Notes under the pieces: generated by a model | Seen by the model: the letters and a program-made list of their open reading frames with translations, nothing else | Told to the model about the DNA's origin: nothing | Database searches by the model: none | Position numbers and translations under genes: made by a program | NCBI GenBank assembly: GCA_036394195.1 | Contig: DASWFO010000199.1 | Coordinates: 6,934-70,933, forward strand | Origin: Alphaproteobacteria bacterium | GTDB taxonomy: Bacteria > Pseudomonadota > Alphaproteobacteria > CACIAM-22H2 | Direction of reading: 5' to 3' | DNA length: 64,000 bases | Part shown: piece by piece, positions 1 through 8,833 of the stretch | Layout of the letters: each line of letters opens with the position of its first letter | Numbering within the stretch: position 1 is the first letter of the stretch

Positions 1-1
1 C

Positions 2-454
2 CACAAGGGCATCCATTTCATCGCCCTCGATAATGTGTCCGATCCGCAAGGGGCGATCGGCAGCGACCAGCTCGGCTGGCTGCGGGCCGATCTGAAGCCG
101 CTGAAGCAGAACCAGCCGGTCGTCGTGCTGGCGCACCGGCCGTTGTTCGATCTCCAGCCGGACTGGGACTGGGCGACCAAGGATGGCAATGCGGCGATCG
201 ACATCCTGATGCCGTATCAGAACGTCAGCGTGTTCTACGGCCACATCCATCAGGAGCATCATCAGAACACCGGCCATATCTCGCATCATGCCGCGACGTC
301 CCTGATGTTCCCGTTGCCGGCACCGGGCTCACAGCCCAAGCGGGCACCGGTGCCGTGGGACGCGGCGCAGCCGTTTCGCGGCCTCGGCTTTCGGGAGGTT
401 GAGGCCACGGGGAACGCGACGTCCTACGAAATCATGCAACGGCCGATCGCTTGA
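2..454 (+). CDS. Calcineurin-like metallophosphoesterase, C-terminal part (5' end outside window)
   Basis: The reading frame is open from base 2 and the translation (...HKGIHFIALDNVSDPQGAIGSDQLGWLRADL...VVVLAHRPLF...FYGHIHQEH...) has the conserved metallophosphoesterase motifs (GD..D, GNHE-like GHIH). It stops at 452-454. Confidence 0.75.
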   Translation, partial: HKGIHFIALDNVSDPQGAIGSDQLGWLRADLKPLKQNQPVVVLAHRPLFDLQPDWDWATKDGNAAIDILMPYQNVSVFYGHIHQEHHQNTGHISHHAATSLMFPLPAPGSQPKRAPVPWDAAQPFRGLGFREVEATGNATSYEIMQRPIA

Positions 455-462
455 GGCACGGC

Positions 463-831
463 ATGCGACGGCTCAATCGACATCCCGGCTTGGTGCTGAT
501 TGCAGTCGCGGCCGCGGCCGTCGCTTATGCGACAGCCGCTCCCCGGGCCGCGAGCGAGCGCGTGGTTCAGATCACGGCCAGCCGGTACACCTACTCGCCG
601 GACAAGATAACGCTCAAGCGCAGCGAACCGGTCGTGCTGGAGTTTCGGACCTCGGATCGCAAGCATGGGTTTAAGCTTGCAGCATTCGACGTTCGGGCCG
701 ATATCGAACCGGGCGACGTCGCTCGGGTGCGGATCGTCCCCTATAAGGTGGGGACGTTCGTCTTCGCGTGCGACGATTTCTGCGGCTCCGGACACGAGGA
801 CATGGACGGCACGATCGTCGTGACCGAGTGA
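463..831 (+). CDS. Cupredoxin-like domain protein with a CuA-type Cys-x3-Cys-x3-His-x2-Met site, secreted
   Basis: The N-terminal signal peptide is MRRLNRHPGLVLIAVAAAAVAYA. The C-terminal motif FACDDFCGSGHEDMDG matches the COX2/CuA cupredoxin ligand pattern. It is 4 bp downstream of the phosphoesterase; an alternative TTG start at 451 is possible. Confidence 0.7.
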   Translation: MRRLNRHPGLVLIAVAAAAVAYATAAPRAASERVVQITASRYTYSPDKITLKRSEPVVLEFRTSDRKHGFKLAAFDVRADIEPGDVARVRIVPYKVGTFVFACDDFCGSGHEDMDGTIVVTE

Positions 832-903
832 CGCGGCGGCATCGGGGCGCGGGGCGATGCCGGGGACGCAATCGAACGTCTTCGGTGTTGCTCCGCGCTT
901 CGC

Positions 904-1416
904 TTAGTCGCGGTCGTAGCGATCGTCGAGCTCTGGGATCGCCCTGTCGGTCTGCCGTCCCGGCGCCATCTGGGTCAGCGGCCGAATCACTCTGGCCTGC
1001 GTGGGTGGGAGGATATTGGTGCTCGTCGGCGCGAAGCCGGGGACTATCCTCAGAAGGGGTTCCAAGGCGATCAGGCAAAGAAGAAACGCAACCAGAAACC
1101 AGGTGGCGGCGATCCTCATCGCATCGACGCGTGCGGACTCTGGGCCAGGCTTGGTCTCGGTGGTTCGCTTTGCGGGTGAGCCCGCGCCGTCCACGAGCAT
1201 CGGATCCGACGCCTGGCGCATCCCCGGATCGCGATTGCCCGGACGTGATGCCGGTCGAGCACGGGCGTTTCTCTCCGGCTTGAGTGGCTGCACGGTTTGA
1301 TCGGCGCTGCGCGCCAGCGACAGGGATTGATACACCTGCGTTCCCTCGTGGTTCGGTCGAGCGGATCCTTCCAGCCGCAATACCCGCATCGGCGCCGTCT
1401 TATTCCGTTGAAACAC
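904..1416 (-). CDS. Hypothetical protein (one predicted TM helix), weak call
   Basis: An open reading frame of 170 aa with a single hydrophobic segment (MRIAATWFLVAFLLCLIALEPLL). The rest is low-complexity and R/P-rich, there is no recognisable family, and this high-GC region has many spurious overlapping ORFs. Confidence 0.25.
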   Translation of the reverse strand: MFQRNKTAPMRVLRLEGSARPNHEGTQVYQSLSLARSADQTVQPLKPERNARARPASRPGNRDPGMRQASDPMLVDGAGSPAKRTTETKPGPESARVDAMRIAATWFLVAFLLCLIALEPLLRIVPGFAPTSTNILPPTQARVIRPLTQMAPGRQTDRAIPELDDRYDRD

Positions 1417-1497
1417 AGCGAAGACGTGGGAGTGCGCCGCACGCGCTCAGGGACAAGTCGCGTGCGGGCCCGCCTTAAGCCCGTTGGGCGCCGGCGA

Positions 1498-1779
1498 TCA
1501 CCAGGTGAAGTAATATTTCGACAGCATGAATTTGTTCCAGCACTGGCTCTCGTCGCCGTCTTTCGCGGCGCGAGCCGCCGTACCGAGCTGGATCAAGGCC
1601 TGCCGCTGCGCGCCCGCGGTGAGGGCGCCCTGCGGCAGCGAGAAGATGTCCCGCTGAACCTTTCTCACCGCCAAGGTGCAGGTGCTGGGTTGCGGCGAAT
1701 CGGTTGCCGTACTCGCCGTCGGAATTGCGACGATCGAGATGGCAGCGAGTATCACCATGGCCTGGGAGGCTTTGAGCAT
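1498..1779 (-). CDS. Small secreted protein (93 aa), two-Cys family with AARAAKDGDESQCW motif
   Basis: The ATG at 1779 is preceded by GAGGAC. The signal peptide is MLKASQAMVILAAISIVAIPTASTA. The protein shares the motif LIQLGTAARAAKDGDESQCW with the ORF at 10343-10633 (RLRAAARAAKSGDENLCW). Confidence 0.6.
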   Translation of the reverse strand: MLKASQAMVILAAISIVAIPTASTATDSPQPSTCTLAVRKVQRDIFSLPQGALTAGAQRQALIQLGTAARAAKDGDESQCWNKFMLSKYYFTW

Positions 1780-1843
1780 CGTGTCCTCGTGATCGGGAGA
1801 CTGGAAACGCCCCGACGCGTTCGTCGGGGCGTCCACCTGTCGC

Positions 1844-3427
1844 TTACCAGCTGACTTGCGTTCGCAGCACGAGCGCCTGGAAATTCGTACCCTGCTGGGT
1901 CACGCCGGGCACCACGCCCGCGGACGCGACCTGCGCCCTCTTGTCGATGCCTGCGTTCAGGTAATCGAGCATGAAGCGAACGTACCGGACCGGGTACCAG
2001 TTGAGACCGGCCTGATACACTTGTTGCTTGCCGCCCAGGACGCCGCCTTGGCCGAGCCTGCCGGAGTTCAGGTTGACGGTGCTGTACCGGCCGGCGATCT
2101 CCCACGCACCCCATCCGCCTGATTTGGACAAGGGTGCATCCGGCACCACCGTGTCCCAGACCGCCTTGGTGATCTTGTAGGGGCGGGATTCGCCGGTCAG
2201 GAAGTAGCCGACCTCGGCGTAGTAACCGGAGAAGTTGAGGAACGGCGCCGGTGTCGTCCCCGACGGAGCCGCGATCTGGTTCACACCGATGCCCTTATAC
2301 TCCGCATCGAACCACAGGCTTTGCCACTTGCCGGCGACTTCGACGCCGTAGGTGTCGGCGTGCGAGCCGTTGATGTTGCCGGTGTCGAGGAACTGCGTGG
2401 GATCTATGCGCAGCTCCGGCCGGTCTGAAAACCGGAAACTCGACCTGGCGAGCGGCACACCGTTGCCGGCCGTGCCCGTGGCCGTGTCGTCGCGCGGCGG
2501 CGAGAAGACGTATGACCCGTTGACGCCGAAATGCAGAAGCGACTGGTTGTCGTTGACCGGGACATACACCCCGCGCATGACCGTGGCGGATTGCTGGCCG
2601 TTGCCCGGAACGCTGTTCGCCGGCCCGGTGACCCAGGCGCTCCCATACCAGTGTTGGCCCCAGCTCTTGAGGCCGAAGGCCGCTCGGGGCTCGCCGGCGT
2701 CGAGACTGTTGGTGATGAAGTCGATCGACGGCCGCTCGTTGAACGTGATGTCCGCCGAGCTGACGGCCGTGGCGAAGCCGTTGTCGACGTCCGTATACCC
2801 GGCGACCAGGGCGACCTGCGAAAATCCCGTGTACGCGAGCGAGGCGGTCAGGATCTGGCCGGTGACCACGTTCGAGCCGACCCGCGTGCCGGTGGTCTGG
2901 GTGTTCGACGTGTTGATGTTGCCGAACTCGGTGACGAACGCGTAGTTCCAGTCGTTGTCGTATGTACCGTTGATGCCGAGCCGCCCGCGCCGCAGGTTGT
3001 AGCCGCTGTTCAGGTCGTTGCTGATGCGCTTGTCGGTGGCCGCGGGGCCGGGGCCGTTACTCCGGAAATACTCGCCGACGTCGAACTGCAGCCGACCGAC
3101 GAGCGCGATGCTGTTTCGCCCATCCGGGCTGGAGAGCGTCGGCCGGCCGTTGAGGATACCGACATTCCAGCCGCTCGCCGCCGTCTGCACGGCCTGCGGT
3201 GCCTGCTGCGTCTTGATGACGTTGATGTCGTTCTGCTGTTGCTTGATCGCGTCCGACATGCCGTTCAAGCGCTGCATGAGTTCCTGGTCCTGTTGCTGCA
3301 GCTGCTGGTTCTGCTGCTGGAGACTTTGGATTTGCTGCTGTACCTGCACCTGCGCGGATGCCGGTGACATGAACGCAACACTGGACAACAACGCCGCGCA
3401 GATAGTCGTCGACTTCGATGATGACAC
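1844..3427 (-). CDS. Outer-membrane porin with N-terminal coiled-coil region (OprO/P- or alphaproteobacterial porin-like), C-terminal ...RTQVSW
   Basis: GTG at 3427 gives the signal peptide MSSSKSTTICAALLSSVAFMSPASA-QVQ, with an AGGGGA RBS upstream. It is followed by a Q-rich coiled-coil and a long beta-strand-pattern region ending in an aromatic residue (W). The ORF as listed extends to a TTG at 3484. Confidence 0.7.
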   Translation of the reverse strand: MSSSKSTTICAALLSSVAFMSPASAQVQVQQQIQSLQQQNQQLQQQDQELMQRLNGMSDAIKQQQNDINVIKTQQAPQAVQTAASGWNVGILNGRPTLSSPDGRNSIALVGRLQFDVGEYFRSNGPGPAATDKRISNDLNSGYNLRRGRLGINGTYDNDWNYAFVTEFGNINTSNTQTTGTRVGSNVVTGQILTASLAYTGFSQVALVAGYTDVDNGFATAVSSADITFNERPSIDFITNSLDAGEPRAAFGLKSWGQHWYGSAWVTGPANSVPGNGQQSATVMRGVYVPVNDNQSLLHFGVNGSYVFSPPRDDTATGTAGNGVPLARSSFRFSDRPELRIDPTQFLDTGNINGSHADTYGVEVAGKWQSLWFDAEYKGIGVNQIAAPSGTTPAPFLNFSGYYAEVGYFLTGESRPYKITKAVWDTVVPDAPLSKSGGWGAWEIAGRYSTVNLNSGRLGQGGVLGGKQQVYQAGLNWYPVRYVRFMLDYLNAGIDKRAQVASAGVVPGVTQQGTNFQALVLRTQVSW

Positions 3428-3795
3428 GCCAATCCCCCTATTTGATTTGAGCCCATGAGTTCTCGACGCAGCGGAACGATCCAATTTTGGAATCGCAAAC
3501 CGTCTCGCCGCGACGCACCCAATACCGGCGACGCCGTTGTGTTCATTCCAAAGGCGTCGTGAAGTTTGCGTGACACCGATGCCGTCGCGGCGCGGCCGCG
3601 AAGGTCAGACAGAGCGATGATGCGCCGCTGGATTTTCGGGTGAGTGCCGGTTCAACCGGTTCGGCGTCGAAGTTATTCCGTCAACCCGTCGAAAAACTTT
3701 GCGCTCCGTCGGCGAATAGTTTTGCGCGGCACGAAGTCTTTTACCAACAGCGTCGATTTAGAGGGGCGTTCGCCATCGGCGGCGGACGAGCGTCA

Positions 3796-4194
3796 ATGGA
3801 GATGCAGGGGCCCATGGCCCGAAAGCGGGGTGAGGAGCATTCACAGGAGCTGCGCGACCGCGTGCTGGGGGAGCCAGGGCCGGTCCGGGAGGTGGCGGCG
3901 CGTCTGGGCGTCAGCCCATCGTACGTGTCGAAGGCGAGGGCCCGGCTGCGTCTGACCGGAGAGCGAACGACGAAGCAACGGGGCGGCCGCCGGCGGCCGA
4001 TCCTGTCCGGCCGGGAAGATCTGCTGCGCGCGAAGCTGGTCGAGATCCCGGATGCAACCCTGGTCGATCTGCAGCGCTGGCTTGCGGAAGCGCACGCCAT
4101 CAAGATCTCGATCGGCGCGCTCTGGAATACGCTGCGGCGGCTGGGCTTGGGCTTCAAGAAGCGGCCGACGGGGAGGCCGCCGGGTCTAGGTTGA
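3796..4194 (+). mobile_element. IS630-family transposase N-terminal HTH fragment (no DDE domain; remnant)
   Basis: The translation ...MARKRGEEHSQELRDRVLGEPGPVREVAARLGVSPSYVSKARARLRLTGERTTKQRGGRRRPILSGREDLLRAKLVEIPDATLVDLQRWLAEAHAIKISIGALWNTLRRLGLGFKK is typical IS630/Tc1-mariner OrfA HTH. The ORF stops after about 130 aa and no catalytic DDE region follows. Confidence 0.7.
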
Positions 4195-4244
4195 TCGGGA
4201 AGCGGTCGCGCGGCCGTCAATCACGCAGGATATCGCTGCGTCTG

Positions 4245-4285
4245 GGACAAAAGAGAAAGCCGTCCCGGTGGGAGTCCGGGACGGC
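4245..4285 (-). terminator. Rho-independent terminator for the 4304-4582 gene
   Basis: On the minus strand, the hairpin GCCGTCCCGG-tgggagt-CCGGGACGGC is followed by CTTTCTCTTTTGTC. Confidence 0.6.
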
Positions 4286-4303
4286 TTTCGGGTTACCGGA
4301 CGC

Positions 4304-4582
4304 TCACTTCATCCGGTAACCGTCGCCAGGGAGCCACGGAAGGGTCTGATAGGCGGACAAGGGGCGGCTGTTCGTCCGGCGCTCGACGACCATCCGATAC
4401 CCGTCACCGGGAATGCTGGGATTGGCCTGGTAGGCGGCCAGCGGCTGCTGGCTCGTCCGCTGCACCGCCGGGATTCGATGACCCTCGCCCGGCGCCGGGT
4501 GATTGGGATCGGCCATTTGTGCCAGCGCAAGTCCCGGGGCCACTGCCAACGCCGCTGCGAGAAACAACGCGTGTTTGCTCAT
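4304..4582 (-). CDS. Small secreted protein with internal tandem repeat (AYQ.NP.IPGDGYRM / AYQTLPWLPGDGYRM)
   Basis: The signal peptide is MSKHALFLAAALAVAPGLALA. Two copies of a roughly 30-aa repeat are present and a terminator lies downstream. Confidence 0.6.
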   Translation of the reverse strand: MSKHALFLAAALAVAPGLALAQMADPNHPAPGEGHRIPAVQRTSQQPLAAYQANPSIPGDGYRMVVERRTNSRPLSAYQTLPWLPGDGYRMK

Positions 4583-4803
4583 CGTGGTGCTCCATCCGCT
4601 GTGACCTCCGGCCCAATGCCGCGGCCATCTGCTGAATAAGACTTCCGGCCAGGGGCCAAAATTCCACGCGTCCGTCGACGTGCTGCGATGCGCCGCCGAC
4701 GGAATACGCGCCGAGGCCGGAGAGTCTCATCGCCGCGGCGAGTTTCCGATCGGTCGCTTTTCGCAGCACCGGGGGACCCTGTGCGCCGCCGAGGAGATGG
4801 GGC

Positions 4804-5604
4804 ATGACGTCGATCAACACGAATATCGGTGCGGCGGTGGCGTTGGGAAACCTCGACCACACCCAGTCGCAATTGAGCGTGACGGAAAACCGGATTTCAA
4901 CCGGCCTGAAAGTCACCGGACCGCAGGACGACGCCTCCGACTTCTCAATCGCGCAAGGCATCCGCGCCGATCTCAAGGCGTTCGACGCGGTTCTTCAGAG
5001 TCTGTCGTCGGGCGAGGGGATCATCCAGACCGCCATTGCCGGTGTCACCTCGGTCTCCAATCTGCTCGCCACCATCAGGAGCAAGGCGATCGAGGCGTCC
5101 AACCCGGCGAACACGTCGGGCCAGCAGTCGATCCTGGCGAACGATTTCGGCGGCCTGATCGCCCAACTCAACACGTTTATCAGCAACTCTGTGTATAACG
5201 GCCGCAACCTGCTTTCGGCCGGCTCGGTCAGCGTCTCGATCACGTCGACGATCTCCGGTGGTCAGATCATCCTGAAGAATGCCTCGGGGCTCTCCGGCGT
5301 CTCGACGGCCCTGGCCGGCAGGGTCGCGACCACGGCGGCCGCCCTGGCACTGCTGACCACGGTCGATGCGCAGGAGCTCATCGTCAGCGACGCGCTTGGC
5401 TCGTTCGGGTCGGTAGCGACGGACATCACCTTCACCAAGTCGCTATCGGACGCGGTGACCCGCGGTCTCGGGTCTCTCGTCGACGCAAATCTCGCAACCG
5501 AAAGCGCCAAGCTGCAGGCCTTACAGGTCGGCCAGCAGCTCGGCGTCCAGGGCCTGAGCATCGCCAATCAGCGGCCGCAGATCATCCTGTCGCTGTTCCG
5601 CTGA
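4804..5604 (+). CDS. Flagellin (short, 266 aa; conserved N- and C-terminal D0/D1 segments, no hypervariable domain)
   Basis: The N-terminus MTSINTNIGAAVALGNL...TQSQLSVTENRISTGLKV and the C-terminus ...ATESAKLQALQVGQQLGVQGLSIANQRPQIILSLFR match flagellin termini. A GAGGAG RBS sits 8 nt upstream of the ATG. Confidence 0.85.
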   Translation: MTSINTNIGAAVALGNLDHTQSQLSVTENRISTGLKVTGPQDDASDFSIAQGIRADLKAFDAVLQSLSSGEGIIQTAIAGVTSVSNLLATIRSKAIEASNPANTSGQQSILANDFGGLIAQLNTFISNSVYNGRNLLSAGSVSVSITSTISGGQIILKNASGLSGVSTALAGRVATTAAALALLTTVDAQELIVSDALGSFGSVATDITFTKSLSDAVTRGLGSLVDANLATESAKLQALQVGQQLGVQGLSIANQRPQIILSLFR

Positions 5605-5633
5605 TTGAGCCGGGCACCGCCTGCGCCATCCGC

Positions 5634-6329
5634 TTAGTCGTCGGTGGGCGCGGTCGTCGAACTGGCGGCGCCGCGGACGCGTTGTTCCAATTTCTCGAGC
5701 TGGCCCCGATCGGCATCCGACACGGCCCAGAACGTGAACTCGCCCGCGCTCCAGCCGCGAAGATTGTAGCCTCGCACGGAGGATGGCATCACGGCGGGTG
5801 TCGCCACTTCGTTGCCCGGCCACACGAACACGTCGATGAAGTGCAGGCCGCGCTTGTAGACCATCGCCGCGACCGGCCTGTGGTCGATATAGTCGACCCG
5901 GCCGCCGACCAGCGGGAAGCCGCGCTCGGTGAGGTCAAAGACCGGCGGGGCGATGTCGAGTTTGCTGTCCAGCCACGGCTTCACCGTGTGCTGGTCCGAC
6001 GAGGGCATGTCGGTGACATGATCGGTGAGCATCGAGCGCGCGTAGCTTGCGACGAGCTGATCGGCGAGATCGGTTTCGCGCCCGGAGGCGGTGATGTACC
6101 AGGTCGTCCCGGAGGACAATGCGATCGTGAGCAGCAGCGACGCAGCGACCACGAATGGACGCCACGCCAGTCGCCATTTGAACGGGATCATGAGCGGCTG
6201 CGGGTGCATCTCCGCCTCCAAGGCTGCGCGGATGCGCAACGTGAGGTCGGGTGAGGGCGTGTAGCGCACGCCGTGCCGCCGAACCACGGCACTGACCGCC
6301 TGATCGAATGCCGGCACGGGTTCACCCAC
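5634..6329 (-). CDS. Putative single-pass transmembrane anti-sigma factor (COG5662/RsiW-like periplasmic domain), orphan
   Basis: It has a roughly 50-aa cytoplasmic N-terminus, one TM helix (FVVAASLLLTIALSS) and a periplasmic domain carrying the conserved block ...HVTDMPSSDQHTVKPWL...GGRVDYIDHRPVAAMVYKRGLHFIDVFVWP... typical of rhizobial anti-sigma factors. No ECF sigma gene is adjacent. Confidence 0.45.
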   Translation of the reverse strand: MGEPVPAFDQAVSAVVRRHGVRYTPSPDLTLRIRAALEAEMHPQPLMIPFKWRLAWRPFVVAASLLLTIALSSGTTWYITASGRETDLADQLVASYARSMLTDHVTDMPSSDQHTVKPWLDSKLDIAPPVFDLTERGFPLVGGRVDYIDHRPVAAMVYKRGLHFIDVFVWPGNEVATPAVMPSSVRGYNLRGWSAGEFTFWAVSDADRGQLEKLEQRVRGAASSTTAPTDD

Positions 6330-6797
6330 GGCTGCGCGCCTTCGATCGGCGCTGACCGCCGGCTATAAGGCCCCAGCCCCGGTATTCACCAAAGCGGGAA
6401 CACCGCGGCGGTCGCGCCTGCCAACAGGTCAAGAGAGTCGTCACGGTTTCGGTTCGATCTGACGAGATCACGTTTGAGTGTCGCGGGTCTTCAGCGTTAA
6501 GACCCGAGAGAAAAGCGGATTATTCCGGCGCGACTGGTGTTCATCGGTCCATAGCGAGATCGCGAGGGCGAGCGGTCTGCCGGCTTGTCTGGGTATGCCC
6601 TCGTGCATTCAGACCGAAGATGGTCGGGTCGCCTGGAATAAACCGGCGATCGGTCCGGTCTACCGACGCTCTCGCGGATCCATTCCGACAATCCAGCTTT
6701 GCGAAAAATAGACGCACTTCGGCGAATACATCTGTGTTGCGCGAAGTCTCCTCAAATGCCGCGTGAATTTTTCGTGGCGTTTTTGGGGGAATGCGCA

Positions 6798-8216
6798 ATG
6801 TCCATGTCCACTTCGGGTCTGTCGCGCCGCAAGCACGCATCTGCGTTCGGTGCGCTTCGTCGGTCGTTTGTCGCGGCGGCGTTTCTGTCAGGGGCCGGCG
6901 GCCCGGCCATCGCGGACGAGATCGGCGACATCAAAGAACAGATGCAAGTGTTGTCGGATCATCTCCGCAGGCTCGAGGAGAGGCAGCAGGTGCAGCAGGC
7001 GGCTCCGGCCGCGGAGCCGATCAATGACGCACAAAAGGGCGGCGGGCTGCTGAAGCCGTTCACGATCCCGGGCACCAACACGACCCTGCGGGTCGGCGGT
7101 TACGTGAAGGGCGACGGCATCTACGATACGAAGGCGTCGTCGGGCGATCAGACGACGATTTCGGCACTTCCACTGAAAGGCACGCCGGCGGCGGAGCGCG
7201 AGGGTGTCACCCGTCTTCACGCCCGCCAGTCGCGCGTCAACATCGAGACGAACACGCCGACCTCGTACGGCAACCTCAAGACCTTCGTCGAAGGCGACTT
7301 TTTCGGCGACGGTACGACGGGCAACGAGCTCAGGACCAATTCGACCAATTTCCACATCCGGCATGCCTATGGCGAGTTCGGCCCGTTCCTCGCCGGCCAG
7401 ACGTGGTCGAATTTCATCGACACCGACACCTACGTGGAGACGATCGACTTCTCAGGCGCAGCCGGTCTGACCTTCCTCCGCCAAGCCCAGTTCCGCTACA
7501 CCTATACGTTGCTTCCCGGTACGACGTGGTCGACCGCGGTCGAGAATCCCGAGAGCGATTTCATCGCCAATCCTGCGGCCGCGGGAAACAACAACGCCGT
7601 CAACACCAACTCGGTGGGTGCCACGACCGGGAACAACAAGGACAAGATCCCGGATTTCACCACCCGGTTCACGACCCTGAACGAGTGGGGCAAGTTCACG
7701 CTCGCCGGGATGGTGCGCGACATCGGTGTTGACGTGAGCAGCACGAGCGGCACCGTGTTCACCGGCCGGCGCGGCCATGCGACGGGCTGGGGCTTGTCGC
7801 ATCAGGGCATCATCTATACGCACTTCGGCAAGGACCAGATCAACTATCAGATCAGCGGCGGCGACGGCATCGGCCGTTACCTGTTCAACGCAGTCGGAAC
7901 CGGCGCCAACTTCAACGCCGCCACCGGCTTCATCGAAACCCAAACGGCGTGGGGCGGCTACATCGGCTACCGGCATTGGTGGACCGACACGCTCCGCACC
8001 AACCTCACCTATGGTTTCGACCGGCTCAGCAACGATGTGGCAATCACCGGGACCGCGGTGAACAAGCGAGACTCGGACTATCACGTCAACCTGATCTGGA
8101 GCCCGTTCGAGCGAACCAATTTCGGCGCCGAATACATCTACGGCAGCCGGGAAACAGTCGACGGGAACAAGGGCTACGAAAGCCGCGTCCAGGTGGCGGC
8201 TCAGTATCTGTTCTAG
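6798..8216 (+). CDS. Outer-membrane porin with N-terminal coiled coil (DcaP-like / alphaproteobacterial porin), C-terminal ...AAQYLF
   Basis: The start is MSMSTSGLSRRKHASAFGALRRSFVAAAFLSGAGGPAIA (signal), followed by the coiled-coil EQMQVLSDHLRRLEERQQVQQ and a long alternating beta-strand region ending in F. The listed ORF starts at 6699, but the internal Met at 6798 is more plausible. Confidence 0.7.
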   Translation: MSMSTSGLSRRKHASAFGALRRSFVAAAFLSGAGGPAIADEIGDIKEQMQVLSDHLRRLEERQQVQQAAPAAEPINDAQKGGGLLKPFTIPGTNTTLRVGGYVKGDGIYDTKASSGDQTTISALPLKGTPAAEREGVTRLHARQSRVNIETNTPTSYGNLKTFVEGDFFGDGTTGNELRTNSTNFHIRHAYGEFGPFLAGQTWSNFIDTDTYVETIDFSGAAGLTFLRQAQFRYTYTLLPGTTWSTAVENPESDFIANPAAAGNNNAVNTNSVGATTGNNKDKIPDFTTRFTTLNEWGKFTLAGMVRDIGVDVSSTSGTVFTGRRGHATGWGLSHQGIIYTHFGKDQINYQISGGDGIGRYLFNAVGTGANFNAATGFIETQTAWGGYIGYRHWWTDTLRTNLTYGFDRLSNDVAITGTAVNKRDSDYHVNLIWSPFERTNFGAEYIYGSRETVDGNKGYESRVQVAAQYLF

Positions 8217-8360
8217 GTCGGCGGATCGGACCCGTTTGGCGCCCATGCTGAACGACCCAGGGACGGCAAAGTCGGAGGCAACGCGCATAGCGTCTTGCCT
8301 CTCTGCTTTATCCTCGGATGCCGTCTGCCGAGCGCGGAAACTGACCACGGGACCAAAGCC

Positions 8361-8555
8361 ATGACCGCGTCGCACCTTGTCGTGCTCGGCCTGGCCCTCG
8401 CGGCACTCGCCGGCTGCGAGCTCCTTCCGCTCGATGAGGAGATCAAGACGGCGTGTGCCGTAACGCCGGACCCCGCGGCCTGCGCAAAGGCCAAATATGC
8501 CGACTCCTTCTCGGACGAGCGGGCGCGGGTCGCGCGCGAAGGTTTCGTCCGATGA
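8361..8555 (+). CDS. Small lipoprotein, family member 1 (LAALAGC lipobox; EIKTACAVTPDPAACAKAKYA motif)
   Basis: ATG at 8361; signal plus lipobox MTASHLVVLGLALAALAGC. It is paralogous to the ORFs at 8620 and 9939. Confidence 0.55.
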   Translation: MTASHLVVLGLALAALAGCELLPLDEEIKTACAVTPDPAACAKAKYADSFSDERARVAREGFVR

Positions 8556-8619
8556 GCCCGGGAATACGCATGCCGACCTCGGAGTCGAATGGTGACCATT
8601 CCTACAACGAGGGTTCACC

Positions 8620-8811
8620 ATGGTTGCGTCGCGTCTTGTCATTATTGCATTGGGCCTGAGCATGCTTGCCGGCTGCACCTTTCCTCTCACCACGGAGATC
8701 AAGCAGGAATGCGCCGCGTCGACGGATCCGACGGCGTGCGCCAAGGCCAAGTACGCCGCGGAGTTCGCCGAGGAGCGCGAGCGGATCGTGCAGTCCGGGG
8801 GCGGCAATTGA
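8620..8811 (+). CDS. Small lipoprotein, family member 2 (SMLAGC lipobox; EIKQECAASTDPTACAKAKYA motif)
   Basis: ATG at 8620; MVASRLVIIALGLSMLAGC. About 50% identical to the 8361 product over the mature region. Confidence 0.6.
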   Translation: MVASRLVIIALGLSMLAGCTFPLTTEIKQECAASTDPTACAKAKYAAEFAEERERIVQSGGGN

Positions 8812-8833
8812 CGACAACCGGGAGGAGCGGCGA

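Noticed and set aside
768-1478. Multiple overlapping ORFs on both strands (for example 768-1283 +, 671-1078 -, 1001-1300 +, 1116-1442 -) with Arg/Pro/Ser-rich translations
   Set aside because: Their composition is typical of out-of-frame translation of high-GC DNA. They overlap one another and have no recognisable motifs, so only one weak hypothetical (904-1416) is retained.
4700-4803. Search for a sigma-28 (TAAA-N15-GCCGATAA) or sigma-54 (GG-N10-GC) promoter upstream of the flagellin gene
   Set aside because: Only weak partial matches (for example TTTCCGATCGGTCGC) were found and none was convincing, so no promoter feature is called.
7452-8807. 451-aa minus-strand ORF antisense to the 6798-8216 porin and covering the mini-lipoprotein genes
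   Set aside because: It has no motifs and overlaps three better-supported plus-strand genes.
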